Shown: positions 1 through 13,164, counted from the first letter of the stretch. The stretch is 64,000 nt of DNA from an uncultured Pseudomonadota bacterium (GCA_963749075.1 CAVVLJ010000016.1:896001-960000); one strand, 5' to 3'. Made by a program: numbers and translations. The notes: generated by a model not told the origin, from the sequence alone.

Positions 1-148
1 GCAAGGGGGCGAGGGGGACGATGCGTAGGATGGCGATGACGGTGCCCACGATGCCGCCGCCCGCGAAGGCGATGAGCGAGAGCAGAAGCGTCCAGCGCAG
101 GCTCTTGACGAGGAAGAGGAACTCGGGCGTGGCGAAGTCGCGGCTCAT
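1..148 (-). CDS. Amino acid ABC transporter permease, 5' part (runs off window start)
   Basis: ATG at 148-146 overlaps the stop of the upstream permease; reads MSRDFATPEFLFLVKSLRWTLLLSLIAFAGGGIVGT, a HisM/GlnP-type N-terminus. Confidence 0.8.
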   Translation of the reverse strand, partial: MSRDFATPEFLFLVKSLRWTLLLSLIAFAGGGIVGTVIAILRIVPLAPL

Positions 149-819
149 CAGGCCGCCGCCCTGCGCTGGAAGACCGCGAAATAGATGAGGCCGAGCGCTC
201 CGCGGAAGCCGAGCGCCATGGCGAGATAGAGGCCCGTCGTCACGAAATAGAACTCGAAGGAGCGGAAGGTCGTGGATTGCAGGGAGTTGGTGACGGCGGT
301 GAGCTCGACCGCCGAGATCGCCGACACCACGCTCGAGCCGAGCATGAGGAGGATGAACTGGCTGGCGAGCGCCGGGAAGACGGTCTTGAGCGCCTGGAAG
401 AGGACGACGTGGCGGAAGACGGCGAGCCGCCCGAGGCCGAGCGCGCGCGCCGCCTCGATCTGGCCGTGGGGTACGGCGTCGATACCGGCGCGCACGATCT
501 CGGTCGCATAGGCGCCGAGGTTGATCGTCATGGCCGCGAGTGCCGCCTCGTCCGCCTCGAGGCGGATGCCGAGCGCCGGCAGCGAGAAATAGATGATGAA
601 GATCTGCACGAGGAAGGGCGTATTGCGGATGAGCTCGACGTAGCCGGCGACGAGGAGGCGGAGCGGCCGCGGCGCCGCCATCTTCGCGTACGCGCAGACG
701 ACCGCGAGTGCGAGGCCGAGCGCCATCGCCATCGCCGAGATCCGGATGGTGAGCCAGGCGCCCTCCAAGAGCTCCGGCAGATGGTCGAAGACGACGTTGA
801 AGTGGAAGACGTAGTTCAC
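148..819 (-). CDS. Polar amino acid ABC transporter permease (HisM/GlnP family)
   Basis: YVELIRNTPFLVQ and EIVRAGIDAVPHGQIEAARALG (EAA loop) motifs; hydrophobic. Confidence 0.93.
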   Translation of the reverse strand: MNYVFHFNVVFDHLPELLEGAWLTIRISAMAMALGLALAVVCAYAKMAAPRPLRLLVAGYVELIRNTPFLVQIFIIYFSLPALGIRLEADEAALAAMTINLGAYATEIVRAGIDAVPHGQIEAARALGLGRLAVFRHVVLFQALKTVFPALASQFILLMLGSSVVSAISAVELTAVTNSLQSTTFRSFEFYFVTTGLYLAMALGFRGALGLIYFAVFQRRAAA

Positions 820-836
820 GTGCCGCTCCGGCAGCG

Positions 837-912
837 CCGCTGTCCCTCACCCGGCTCGCTTACGCTCGCCACCCTCTCCCGCAAGCGGGAGAGGGAAGGG
901 GTGAGGGACGGC
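837..912. repeat. REP-like intergenic palindromic repeat (family A)
   Basis: Contains hairpin CCCTCTCCCGCAAGCGGGAGAGGG inside TCCCTCAC...GTGAGGGA arms; near-identical inverted copy at 20424-20525. Confidence 0.85.
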
Positions 913-931
913 TACGCCGCGCCCGCCGGCC

Positions 932-1732
932 TCAGAACACCGGCAGCGCGGGCAGGTCGACGCCGGTGTATTTCTTGTAGATGTCGGCGAGCACGCCGTT
1001 CTCGGTGTTGAGGAACACCCAGGTGTTGATCCATTGCAGGAGCTCGAAGTCCCCGGGTCGCAGGGCGGCGGCGTAATAGGCGGTCGTCACCGTGAACTTG
1101 TTCTCGAGCTTCTTGTCGGGATTGCGCTGGGCGACGGACTTGGCGGCGAAGGCCGACATGCCGGCGGCGTCGATCTGGCCGGAGAGGAGGGCCTGGATGG
1201 TGGCCGCGATGTCGTCGAAATAGACGAGCTTGGCGTCCTTCGGCGCCAGCTTCGGCACCGTCGCCTCCTCGAGGGTGGCGCGCGTGAGCCCGACGCGTTT
1301 TCCCGCGAGGTCGGCCGCACTCTTGATGGCTGTGCCCGCGGGTGCGGTGATGACGATTGAGAGGGCGCCGTGGGGATTGGCGAACATCACGGTCTTGGCG
1401 CGCTCGAAGGTGATGCTGAGCGAGGAGATCGCCACGTCGGCGCGGCCGGCGAGAAGGGCCGGGATGCGGTTCGGTGCCGTCACCTGCACGAGCTCGAGCT
1501 CGACGCCCAGGTCCTTGGCAAGCTGGCGCGCGGTCGCGATCTCCGAGCCGTCGGGCTTGCCGTCCTTGTCGAGGATGCCGAAGGGCGGCGAGGTGACCTC
1601 GGCGGTGATGCGGATCTTCTTCTCGCGCAGGATGCGGTCGAGCGTGGTCTCGGCCTTGGCCGCGTGCATGGCGGCAAGTCCCGGCGCAAGTGCGACCAGT
1701 GCGATGGCGAGCAACCTCAGACTGCGTCTCAT
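932..1732 (-). CDS. Amino acid ABC transporter substrate-binding protein (SBP family 3)
   Basis: Signal peptide MRRSLRLLAIALVALAPG; SPPFG, RIPALLAGRADV, ITFERAK motifs; GGAGG RBS before ATG 1732. Confidence 0.92.
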   Translation of the reverse strand: MRRSLRLLAIALVALAPGLAAMHAAKAETTLDRILREKKIRITAEVTSPPFGILDKDGKPDGSEIATARQLAKDLGVELELVQVTAPNRIPALLAGRADVAISSLSITFERAKTVMFANPHGALSIVITAPAGTAIKSAADLAGKRVGLTRATLEEATVPKLAPKDAKLVYFDDIAATIQALLSGQIDAAGMSAFAAKSVAQRNPDKKLENKFTVTTAYYAAALRPGDFELLQWINTWVFLNTENGVLADIYKKYTGVDLPALPVF

Positions 1733-1763
1733 GGCGTTTCCTCCTTTTGTGTGCGTGTCCCGC

Positions 1764-2552
1764 TTATGCGCCCGTCCCACCGAGCGCCTTGAGCCCGGCC
1801 GCAAGCGCGCCTTGCAGCAGGGCGATGTCCGTGCCGTAGCCGAGGCAACGGAAGCCGCGCGCGCGCCACAACTCGGCCGAGGCCGGGTCGGTCACGAGAA
1901 ACCCCGGCGCCTTGCCGTGGCGCTTGCAGGCCGCGAGCAGCCGCTCGACCGCGGCCAGGAAGTCGGGATGCGCGAACTCCCCGGTGATGCCGAGCGAATT
2001 GCTGAGGTCGTAATGGCCGAGCCACACCACGTCGATGCCGGGGACCGCCGCGATCCCCTCGATGTTGGCGATGCCCGCCGCCGTCTCGACGAGGGCTATG
2101 GTGAGCGTGCGCGCGTTGGCCGCCGCCATCTTCGCCACCACGTCGCCGCCCGTATAGTCGTCATGGGCCATGCCGAAGGCGAGGCCGCGCGCGCCCTCCG
2201 GCCGGTAGCGGCACCATTTGGCGAGGCTCTCGGCCTGCGCCACGGTCTCGACCATGGGCACCATGATGCCCATGGCGCCGGCATCGAGCACCGGGGCGAT
2301 CAGGTGATAGTGGCAGCCCGGCACGCGCACCATGGGCACGATGCCGACCCCGCGCGCCGCGGCGATCTGCATCTTGATGGTCTCGATGCCGATGCCGCTA
2401 TGCTCCATGTCGAGGAGGACGAACTCGGCTCCGGCGGCGGCGAGCACCGCAGGCAGGCCGGGCGTGAAGAACTCGAACGCCATGGTGCCGAGCGCAGTGC
2501 CGCCTGCGAGCAGCTTCTCGCGCATGGGATTCGGGCGCATGGGGCTCGTCAC
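1764..2552 (-). CDS. HpcH/HpaI class II aldolase family protein
   Basis: LLDMEHS, VRVP, LDAGAMGIMVPMVET, YRPEGARG, LVET, GHYDLS motifs. Confidence 0.92.
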   Translation of the reverse strand: MTSPMRPNPMREKLLAGGTALGTMAFEFFTPGLPAVLAAAGAEFVLLDMEHSGIGIETIKMQIAAARGVGIVPMVRVPGCHYHLIAPVLDAGAMGIMVPMVETVAQAESLAKWCRYRPEGARGLAFGMAHDDYTGGDVVAKMAAANARTLTIALVETAAGIANIEGIAAVPGIDVVWLGHYDLSNSLGITGEFAHPDFLAAVERLLAACKRHGKAPGFLVTDPASAELWRARGFRCLGYGTDIALLQGALAAGLKALGGTGA

Positions 2553-2581
2553 GATGCGCGCTCTCCGCTGGGGGGCAAGGC

Positions 2582-2881
2582 TCAGGATGCTGAGAGGAGA
2601 TCGAGGGCCGTGATGGTGCGGCCCGTGACCATGTCCTTGGTCGCCGCGGCGAAGGACTTGAAATGGGGCGACCTCAAGTGCGCCTGGAACGCCGCCTCGT
2701 CGTCGTAGATCTCGTAGAGGAAGACGCGGTTGGGCCCGTCGTGCGGCAGCGCCACGTCGAAGCGGCGGCAGCCCGGCTCGTCCGCGAGCGAGCGCTTGGC
2801 GTTCTCCCGTACGAGCGTCACGAAGTGTTTATGTTGGTCGGGCGCAATCTCGAAATCGACGGTTATCACATAGCCGGCCAT
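2582..2881 (-). CDS. ABM-domain (putative quinol monooxygenase/LsrG-like) protein
   Basis: DEPGCRRFDV, FLYEIYDDEAAFQAHLRSPHF motifs; 99 aa. Confidence 0.88.
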   Translation of the reverse strand: MAGYVITVDFEIAPDQHKHFVTLVRENAKRSLADEPGCRRFDVALPHDGPNRVFLYEIYDDEAAFQAHLRSPHFKSFAAATKDMVTGRTITALDLLSAS

Positions 2882-2894
2882 GCTCTTTTTCCTC

Positions 2895-3803
2895 TCACGG
2901 CAGCTCGCGGATTTTGACGCCGTTGAGCTCGGCGAGGATGCCCGGCAGCGTCGGCATGAAGCGCTCGCCGTGGCCGCGGATATTGGCGAGCTGATAGGTC
3001 TGGTTGACCGCCTGGGCGATGAAGGCGGCGGCGGGCGCGGATTCGGCGAGCCGCGTGTAGAAGCGCATGTCCTTGCCGGCGATGCGGATGGGGCCCTTGA
3101 GCCGGCTGTCGTCGCCCTCCAGCACCCACGGCATCATCATCTGGAACATGGCGCTGTTGGCGCCCCCTGCCGACACCACCTCGTAGAGCTTGGCGAGATC
3201 GACGCCGAGCTTGGCCGCGGTCGCCACCGCCTCGGCGATCACGGCGCTGGTGCCGATCGAGATGAAATTGTTGAGGAGCTTGAGCGTGTGCGCCATGCCG
3301 AGCGGCCCCGCCTCGATGATGGTGTCGGCGTAGCAGGCGATGATCGGGCGCACCTTGGCGAGAGCGTCTGGGTCGCCGGCGATGAAGGTCGAGAGGCGGC
3401 CCTCCTCGGCCTCCTTCGGCGTGCGGCCGACCGGCGCATCGACGATTCTGCAGCCGCGCGCGGCATAGTCCTTGGCGAGGCGGCGCGTCGAGCTGGGATC
3501 GGCGGTCGTCTGGTCGACGTGGATCATGCCGGGATGGGCACCCGCGAGAATGCCGCCCTCGCCCAGCACCGCCGCCTCCACCTCGACGGAGGAGGGGAGG
3601 CAGGTGAAGACCACGTCCGACGCCGCGGCGACCGCGGCGGCCGTCGGCATCTCGAGCGCACCCCGCGCCACCAGGTCCTCGACCGGCTGGCGGTTGCGGT
3701 GGCCGAGAATGGTAAGCGGGTGGCCCTTGGCGAGGATGTTCTTGGCGGCGCCGTGGCCCATGAGGCCGACGCCGATATAGCCGACGCGCAACTTGTCGCT
3801 CAA
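2895..3803 (-). CDS. NAD(P)-dependent oxidoreductase, 3-hydroxyisobutyrate dehydrogenase family
   Basis: GYIGVGLMG Rossmann motif, VDAPV, KLLNN; TTG start at 3803 with GGAGG RBS. Confidence 0.92.
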   Translation of the reverse strand: MSDKLRVGYIGVGLMGHGAAKNILAKGHPLTILGHRNRQPVEDLVARGALEMPTAAAVAAASDVVFTCLPSSVEVEAAVLGEGGILAGAHPGMIHVDQTTADPSSTRRLAKDYAARGCRIVDAPVGRTPKEAEEGRLSTFIAGDPDALAKVRPIIACYADTIIEAGPLGMAHTLKLLNNFISIGTSAVIAEAVATAAKLGVDLAKLYEVVSAGGANSAMFQMMMPWVLEGDDSRLKGPIRIAGKDMRFYTRLAESAPAAAFIAQAVNQTYQLANIRGHGERFMPTLPGILAELNGVKIRELP

Positions 3804-3914
3804 GCAGCCTCCCCGCATTTCCGCCGGGGCCCGTAGCGCGGGCCTCTCGATCCGCGGCCGAGCCTGTCACACAAATCCGCTCGCTGCAAGAATGACCGCA
3901 GCGAGAGGCTCGGC

Positions 3915-4835
3915 TCAGATCGGGTCCCAGCAGAAGACGTCGCCCGAGCGCTCGAGGGGATAGAAGCTCGGCTTGAGCGCGGGCAGCATCTGCTCGGCAA
4001 GAGCGGCCGGCGTCCAGCCCTCGGCGCGGTGCACCGAGCGGACGGGCCGCGGCTGGCTCATGAGGAAGACCTCGTTCTTGCGCACGGCGAAAATCTGGCC
4101 GCTCACCTCCTTGGCAAGGTCGCTAGCTAAGAAGACGACGAGCGGGGCGATCTTCTCGGGTCCCATGGTCTTGACCCGGGCGACGCGCGCCTGCTCCTCC
4201 GCCGTCTCCGTAGGGATGGTGCCGATGAGCCGGCTCCAGGCAAAGGGCGAGACGCAGTTGGAGCGCACGTTGAAGCGTGCCATGTCGAGGGCGATCGATT
4301 TCGAGAGCCCGACGATGCCCATCTTGGCCGCGGCGTAGTTCGCCTGGCCGAAATTGCCGACGAGGCCAGAGGTCGAGGTGAAGTGCACGTAGCTGCCGCT
4401 CTCCTGCTCGCGGAAATGGCGTGCCGCCGCCTTGGCGACGTAGAAGCTGCCGAGGAGATGGACGCGGATCACCGCCTCGAAATCGGCGACGCTCATCTTG
4501 TGGAAGATGCGGTCGCGCAGGATGCCGGCGTTGTTGACCACGCAATCTATGCGCCCGAAGGCATCGAGCGCCGACTTGACGATGCTCTCGCCGCCCTTGG
4601 GCTCAGCGACGCTGTCGGTGTTGGCGACCGCCCGGCCGCCCGCCCTCTTGATCTCCTCGACGACCGCCTGCGCGGGACCCGCGTCCTGGCCTTCGCCCTC
4701 GGCGCTGCCGCCCAGGTCGTTCACCACCACCTGCCCGCCTTCGGCTGCGGCGAGGAGGGCGATCTCGCGGCCGATGCCGCGGCCGGCACCTGTGACCACG
4801 ACGACCTTGCCCTCGAGGCACTTCGTTCTCCCCAT
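3915..4835 (-). CDS. SDR oxidoreductase (3-hydroxyacyl-CoA dehydrogenase/MFE-2-like)
   Basis: TGAGRGIG, VVVNDLG, NNAGILRD, GNFGQANYAAAK. Confidence 0.93.
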   Translation of the reverse strand: MGRTKCLEGKVVVVTGAGRGIGREIALLAAAEGGQVVVNDLGGSAEGEGQDAGPAQAVVEEIKRAGGRAVANTDSVAEPKGGESIVKSALDAFGRIDCVVNNAGILRDRIFHKMSVADFEAVIRVHLLGSFYVAKAAARHFREQESGSYVHFTSTSGLVGNFGQANYAAAKMGIVGLSKSIALDMARFNVRSNCVSPFAWSRLIGTIPTETAEEQARVARVKTMGPEKIAPLVVFLASDLAKEVSGQIFAVRKNEVFLMSQPRPVRSVHRAEGWTPAALAEQMLPALKPSFYPLERSGDVFCWDPI

Positions 4836-4990
4836 CGCGGACTCCTTCCGTCTTTTGCTTTGCCGCGGCGGAAACTCTCGCATGGCGCTTCGGCGGGCGT
4901 CAACGCAATCGGCCCCGTACCCGCCGCATTGACGCTCGAATCTCGCCCGTGCGAGAGTGCGCGCGCAACCGGGCGGGGGGAGTGCTGCGC

Positions 4991-5851
4991 GTGGCGATCG
5001 ACCATCAGACGCTGGTGAATTGGCGCTTCGGCGATCTCGAGCATGCGTATTCGGCGCGCGACACCATCCTTTATGCGCTCGGGGTCGGGCTCGGCGCCCC
5101 GCCGGACGACCGCGACCAGCTCGCCTTCGTCTATGAGGACGGCCTCAAGGCACTCCCCACCATGGCGGTTGTGCTCGGCTATCCCGGCTTCTGGATCAAG
5201 GACCCGCGCACGGGCATCGACTGGACGCGCGCGCTCCACGGCGAGCAGGGCCTCGTCCTCTTCGCTCCGCTGCCGGCAAGCGGCACGGTGATCGGCCGCA
5301 CGCGCATCACCGGGCTCGTCGACAAGGGTGCCAGGCGGGGAGCGCTCCTCATCTCCGAGCGCGAGGTGATCGACAAGGCGAGCGGCGTGCTCCTCTGCCG
5401 CCTCTCCCAGACGGCGGTGCTGCGCGGCGACGGCGGCTTCGGCGGGCCCGGCGGCCCCACGCCCGAGCCGCACCCGATCCCCGCCCGTACGCCGGATTCT
5501 GCCTGCGAGCTCCCGACGCTCCCCCAGGCCGCCCTCATCTACCGCCTCTCGGGCGATTACAATCCGCTACATGCCGATCCCGCGGTCGCCGCCAAGGCCG
5601 GCTTCGAGCGCCCGATCCTTCACGGCCTTTGTACGTTCGGCGTCGTGGGCCATGCCTTGCTCAAGACGCTCTGCGCCTACCGCCCGGAACGGCTCAAGAG
5701 CATGCAGGTGCGCTTCTCGGCACCGGTCTTCCCGGGCGAGACCATCCGCACGGAGATGTGGCGGGACGGCCACATGGTATCGTTCCGCGCGCGCTCGCTT
5801 GAGCGCGACGTGGTGGTGATCAACAACGGTCGGGCCGAGATCGGGACCTGA
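4991..5851 (+). CDS. MaoC double hot-dog enoyl-CoA hydratase 2-like protein
   Basis: ILYALGVG, LHGEQ and the hydratase-2 motif YRLSGDYNPLHADP...PILHGLCT. Confidence 0.93.
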   Translation: MAIDHQTLVNWRFGDLEHAYSARDTILYALGVGLGAPPDDRDQLAFVYEDGLKALPTMAVVLGYPGFWIKDPRTGIDWTRALHGEQGLVLFAPLPASGTVIGRTRITGLVDKGARRGALLISEREVIDKASGVLLCRLSQTAVLRGDGGFGGPGGPTPEPHPIPARTPDSACELPTLPQAALIYRLSGDYNPLHADPAVAAKAGFERPILHGLCTFGVVGHALLKTLCAYRPERLKSMQVRFSAPVFPGETIRTEMWRDGHMVSFRARSLERDVVVINNGRAEIGT

Positions 5852-5870
5852 CGAGAGGGGGAGGAGAGCC

Positions 5871-7988
5871 GTGCCGGGAGCGGAGCCGTCGCTCAGCGCG
5901 CTGTTCCGGCCGCGCTCGCTCGTCGTGCTCGGCGCCTCGGCCGATCCGGCCAAGCTCGGCCACCGCACCTATGTCAATCTCCTGGAGCGCTTTCCCGGGC
6001 GGCTTTATGGCGTGAACGCGCGGGGCGGCGAGGTGCGCGGCCGAGCGCTCCACAGAAGCGTGGCCGAGCTGCCTGAGTGTCCCGATCTTGCCGTGCTCTC
6101 GGTTCCCGTCGAGGGGGCGCTCGAGACGCTCGCGGCCTGTGCCGCGAGGGGAATCAAGAGCGCCGTCGTCTTCACCTCCGGCTTCGCCGAGCTCGGCCCC
6201 GAGGGGCGCCGGCTCCAGGAGCGCCTGCTGGCCATCGCGCGCGGCCACGGCATGCGCCTCCTGGGTCCCAACTGCATGGGTTTCATGGACATCGCGCGCG
6301 GCGTGATCGCGAGCTTCATGGGTCCGGCTACGCTCGCCGGCGTGCTTCCCGGACGCGTGGCGATCTTGAGCCAGAGCGGCGCCATCGGCACGCTCTCGCT
6401 CGCCTTCGCGCGCGAGCGCGGCCTCGGCATCAGCCTCTGGATCACCACGGGAAACCAGTGCGACGCGGACTTCGCCGAATGCCTCGCCTATCTCGCCGAG
6501 GACGACGGCACCGACGTCATCATAGCCGGGCTCGAGGGCTCGGCGGCGGGGGACGCGCTCTGCCATGCCCTTCGCCTCGCGCACGCGCGGAAGAAGCCGG
6601 TCGTCATGCTCAAGATCGGCCGCAGCGAGGTCGGGGCGGCGGCCATCGTCTCCCACACCGGCGTGCTCGCCGGCAACGACGCGGTCTACGACGCCGTCTT
6701 CCGCGCCCACGGCGTCCACCGCGCCGCGGATTTTTCCGAGCTCATGGACGTGGCCGAGGCGGCGGCGGCAGGGCTCTTTCCCGAGAACGCGCGGATCGGC
6801 CTCGTCACGGTCTCGGGCGGGGTCGGCGTCATGATGGCGGACGAGGCGGTTGAGCGCGGCCTCGAGGTCGCAGCCATGCCCGAGCGCGCGCAACGGCGCC
6901 TCAAGGCGATCGTGCCGTTCGCGAGCCCGCGCAATCCGGTCGACGCCACGACGGTCATCATTTCGGACCCGCCGGTCTTGCGCCGCTTCCTCGAGGAGAC
7001 GCTGGCCCAAGGCCGCTACGGCGCCGTCGTCGTCTTCCTCGCCACGCTGGGGCTCAACCTCGCCCATATGGAGCGCACGCTCGCGGCCCTCGACGGCTTG
7101 AGGCAGTCCTATCCGCGGCGGCCCATCGTCTTCGTCATGGCGGCGACGCCCGAGACGCGGGCGCTGACCGAGGCCGCGGGCTTCCGGGTGCTCGACGAGC
7201 CGGTGCGCGCGGTGGCAGCCCTTGCGGCGCTCGAGCGCATGCGCGAGGCGTGGCGGCGGCCCGCGCCGAAGCCGGCAGGCAGGTTGCGCGCCCGGCCGCT
7301 CGCGGTGCCGCCGCGGAACGAGGACGAGGCGCTGGCGTTTCTCGCACGCCTCGGCATCCCGGTGGTGAAGCGCCGCCTCGTCGCCTCGCGCGCGGCGGCG
7401 GAGCGCGCGGCGGCCGGATTGGGCTTTCCGGTTGCGCTCAAGATCGTCTCGCCCGACATCGCGCACAAGTCCGACATCGGCGGCGTGGCGCTCGACGTGG
7501 CGACGCGGGCGGCGGCGGGCGAGGCCTTCCGGCGCATCATGCGGCGCGTGGCACAGCAGAAGCCGCGGGCGCGGCTGGACGGCGTCCTCGTGGCGCCGAT
7601 GGTCAAGGGTGGGGTCGAGCTCATCCTCGGCGCGCGCCGCGACGCGGTCTTCGGGCCGGTCGTCATGCTCGGCATGGGCGGCATCCATGCCGAGACCCTC
7701 AAGGACGTGAGCCTGCGGCTGGCACCGCTCGACGCGCGCGAGGCGATCGCCATGATCCGCGAGCTCGCCGGCTATCCGCTCCTCGCCGGCGCGCGCGGCC
7801 GACAGCTGCTCGATCTCGCCGCCCTCGCCCGCGCCATCGCGGCACTCTCGCGCGCCGCCGCGGCTTATCGCGACAGCATCGAGAGCATCGACATCAATCC
7901 CTTCGTCCTGCTCGCGAAGGGGGGCATGGCGCTCGATGCTCTCGTGCTGCCCCTCAGAGCGCCGCGACGACGCGGATCTCCACCTTGA
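5871..7988 (+). CDS. Acetate--CoA ligase (ADP-forming acyl-CoA synthetase) family, fused alpha/beta
   Basis: LFRPRS..VLGAS, LLGPNCMG, SQSGA, SHTG phospho-His, NPVD, ALKIVSPDIAHKSDIGGV, DINP. Confidence 0.93.
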   Translation: MPGAEPSLSALFRPRSLVVLGASADPAKLGHRTYVNLLERFPGRLYGVNARGGEVRGRALHRSVAELPECPDLAVLSVPVEGALETLAACAARGIKSAVVFTSGFAELGPEGRRLQERLLAIARGHGMRLLGPNCMGFMDIARGVIASFMGPATLAGVLPGRVAILSQSGAIGTLSLAFARERGLGISLWITTGNQCDADFAECLAYLAEDDGTDVIIAGLEGSAAGDALCHALRLAHARKKPVVMLKIGRSEVGAAAIVSHTGVLAGNDAVYDAVFRAHGVHRAADFSELMDVAEAAAAGLFPENARIGLVTVSGGVGVMMADEAVERGLEVAAMPERAQRRLKAIVPFASPRNPVDATTVIISDPPVLRRFLEETLAQGRYGAVVVFLATLGLNLAHMERTLAALDGLRQSYPRRPIVFVMAATPETRALTEAAGFRVLDEPVRAVAALAALERMREAWRRPAPKPAGRLRARPLAVPPRNEDEALAFLARLGIPVVKRRLVASRAAAERAAAGLGFPVALKIVSPDIAHKSDIGGVALDVATRAAAGEAFRRIMRRVAQQKPRARLDGVLVAPMVKGGVELILGARRDAVFGPVVMLGMGGIHAETLKDVSLRLAPLDAREAIAMIRELAGYPLLAGARGRQLLDLAALARAIAALSRAAAAYRDSIESIDINPFVLLAKGGMALDALVLPLRAPRRRGSPP

Positions 7989-8298
7989 GGTCCGCCCGCG
8001 CGAGCTTGCTCTCGACGCAGGCGCGCGCCGGGGTATTGCCCTGGGAGACCCAGGCGTCCCACACCTTGTTCATCTGATCGAAGGTCTTGATGTCGGCGAG
8101 CCAGATGGTGGCCGAGAGCATCTTGCTCTTGTCGCTGCCGGCCTCCTTGAGATAGGCGTCGATCTTGGCGACGATCTGCTGGGTCTGGCCGGCCACGTCG
8201 ACCGTGGCATCGTCGGCGACGACGCCGGCGAGATAGACCGTGTCGCCGTGGATCACGATCTGGCTCATGCGGGGGCCTACTCTCAAGCGCTTGATCAT
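7954..8298 (-). CDS. RidA/YjgF (YoaB-like) family protein
   Basis: RMSQIVIHGDTVYLAG, MNKVWDAW, PARACVES, KVEI. Confidence 0.92.
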   Translation of the reverse strand: MIKRLRVGPRMSQIVIHGDTVYLAGVVADDATVDVAGQTQQIVAKIDAYLKEAGSDKSKMLSATIWLADIKTFDQMNKVWDAWVSQGNTPARACVESKLARADLKVEIRVVAAL

Positions 8299-8427
8299 GG
8301 CGTTCTCCCTTAGGGTTTCCGGCCGATCATAGCGGGCCGGGGCGCCGCTACCAACCGTGCCGATATCACCTTGCGCCGGGCGCGCAAGGCAGCCATGCTC
8401 ACGGCGAGCAACAGGGAGAGTGCCTAT

Positions 8428-11236
<2,809 letters not shown>

Positions 11237-11245
11237 GGCCTCTCC

Positions 11246-12130
11246 TCACATGCGCCGCGCGAGGCGCGGATCGAGCGCGTCGCGCAAGCCGTCGCCCACG
11301 AGGTTGACCGCGAGCACGGTCGCCGAGAGGAAGAGGGCTGGGAAGATGATCATGTAGGGCGACACCTCGAAGAGGCTGCGCCCCTCGGCCATGATGTTGC
11401 CCCAGCTCGGGATGTTGGGCGGCGTGCCGGCGCCGATGAAGGAGAGGATGGCCTCGGTGATCATGGCGGAGGCGCAGATATAGGTGCCCTGCACCAGGAT
11501 CGGCGCCACCGTATTGGGGAGGATGTGGCGCGAGAGCGTGCGGAAGAAGCCGGTGCCGGCGGCGACCGCGGCCTCGACGAAGGGCTGCTCGCGCAAGGAG
11601 AGCACGACGCCGCGCACGAGCCGCGTCACGCGCGGCACCTCGGACACGGTGATGGCGAAGATGACGTTTCCCAGGCTCGCCCTGGTGAGCGCCATGAGGG
11701 CGATCGCCAGCAGCACCGAGGGGATCGACATGAGCCCGTCCATGATCCGCATGACGATGGCGTCGGCCCAGCGGTTGAAGCCGGTGACGAGGCCGATTGC
11801 GAGGCCGGCCGCGGTCGAGAAGAGCGCCACGCTGAGGCCGACCGCGAGCGAGACGCGCGCGCCATAGACGGTGCGGCTGTAGATGTCGCGGCCGAGCATG
11901 TCGGTGCCGAACCAATAGGCCGCGGAGGGCACGCGCAGGCGCTTGATGGGCGCCACGGCCTGGGGGTCCGAGGTCCAGAGATAGGGTGCCAGGATCGCCA
12001 TCAGCGCCATCAGGAGGAGGAGGGCTGAGCCCACGACGATGGTCGGGTGGCGGCGCATCGCCTCGCGCACGAAGCCGCGCCTGGCGGGTGAGGCGATCAG
12101 CGGCGCGCTCGCGAGCGGCTCGGCGGTCAT
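11246..12130 (-). CDS. Peptide ABC transporter permease (OppC/DppC-like)
   Basis: WFGTDMLGRDIYSR, FVEAAVAAG, HILPN, PSWGNIM. Confidence 0.93.
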   Translation of the reverse strand: MTAEPLASAPLIASPARRGFVREAMRRHPTIVVGSALLLLMALMAILAPYLWTSDPQAVAPIKRLRVPSAAYWFGTDMLGRDIYSRTVYGARVSLAVGLSVALFSTAAGLAIGLVTGFNRWADAIVMRIMDGLMSIPSVLLAIALMALTRASLGNVIFAITVSEVPRVTRLVRGVVLSLREQPFVEAAVAAGTGFFRTLSRHILPNTVAPILVQGTYICASAMITEAILSFIGAGTPPNIPSWGNIMAEGRSLFEVSPYMIIFPALFLSATVLAVNLVGDGLRDALDPRLARRM

Positions 12131-12132
12131 CC

Positions 12133-13074
12133 TCAGTACCTTACGCGCGGATCGAGGAGCGTGTAGCTCACGTCGACGAGCAGGTTGACCAGCACGAAGA
12201 CGGCCGAGAAGAGGAGGGTGACGCCCTGGATGATCGGGTAGTCGCGGCGGAGGATGGCGTCGACCGTGAGGCGGCCGAGGCCCGGAATGGCGAACACCGT
12301 CTCGGTCACGATGACGCCGCTGATGAGAAGGGCGACGCCGATGCCGATGATGGTCGCGATGGGCACCGCCGCGTTCTTGAGCGCATGGCCGATGAGCACG
12401 TCGCGCGTGGCGAGCCCCTTGGCCCGCGCGGTGCGGATATAGTCCTGGCTCAAGACCTCGAGCATGCTGGCCCGCGTGATGCGCGCGATCAGCGCGGCAT
12501 AGATGAGGCCGAGGGAGAGCGAGGGCAGCACGATGTGGGCGAGGAAGGGGAGGAAGCCCACGCGGATGCTGACGTAGCCCTGCACGGGGAGGAGGTCGAG
12601 CTCGACCGAGAAGACGAGGATGAGGAGATAGGCGAGCACGAAGGCGGGGAGCGAGAAGCCGAGCACCGCGAAAGCCATGGCCGCGCGGTCGATCCAGGTG
12701 CCCACCTTCCAGGCAGCTAGGACGCCGATGGGAATCGCGATCGCGATGGCGACGATCATGGTGGTGACGGTGAGCGCCACGGTCGGCTCGAGGCGCTGGG
12801 CGATGAGCGTGCTGACCGGCAGGTTGGTGAAGATCGAGATGCCGAGGTCGCCGTGGAGCACGCCCCAGAACCATTTGCCGAAGCGCAAGAGGAAGGGCTC
12901 GTCGAGGCCGAGCTGCTGGTGGATGCGCGCGATGTCCGCGGGCGTCGCGAGATCCCCCGCGATGATCGCGGCCGGATCGCCGGGTGCCAGATAGAGGAGC
13001 GAGAAGACGAAGACGGCGACGACCCCCATGACGGGAATCGTCGCAAGCAGCCGTCGGGCGATATAGGCGATCAC
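12133..13074 (-). CDS. Peptide ABC transporter permease (OppB/DppB-like)
   Basis: PGDPA, GDLGIS, DYIRTARAKGL, ETVFAIPGLG, RDYPIIQG. Confidence 0.94.
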   Translation of the reverse strand: MIAYIARRLLATIPVMGVVAVFVFSLLYLAPGDPAAIIAGDLATPADIARIHQQLGLDEPFLLRFGKWFWGVLHGDLGISIFTNLPVSTLIAQRLEPTVALTVTTMIVAIAIAIPIGVLAAWKVGTWIDRAAMAFAVLGFSLPAFVLAYLLILVFSVELDLLPVQGYVSIRVGFLPFLAHIVLPSLSLGLIYAALIARITRASMLEVLSQDYIRTARAKGLATRDVLIGHALKNAAVPIATIIGIGVALLISGVIVTETVFAIPGLGRLTVDAILRRDYPIIQGVTLLFSAVFVLVNLLVDVSYTLLDPRVRY

Positions 13075-13148
13075 GGGACCAGCCGCCGCATCACTCTCAC
13101 CGTGGCGTCGCGTTCGCGATGTTACCCGCTCGCGGGCGGGCTTGACAC

Positions 13149-13164
13149 AGCAAATAGCGTGCCA
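13149..13164 (-). promoter_or_regulatory. Sigma-54 (-24/-12) promoter
   Basis: Minus strand reads TGGCAC-GCTAT-TTGCT, an exact match to TGGCAC-N5-TTGCW, about 75 bp upstream of the permease start. Confidence 0.8.
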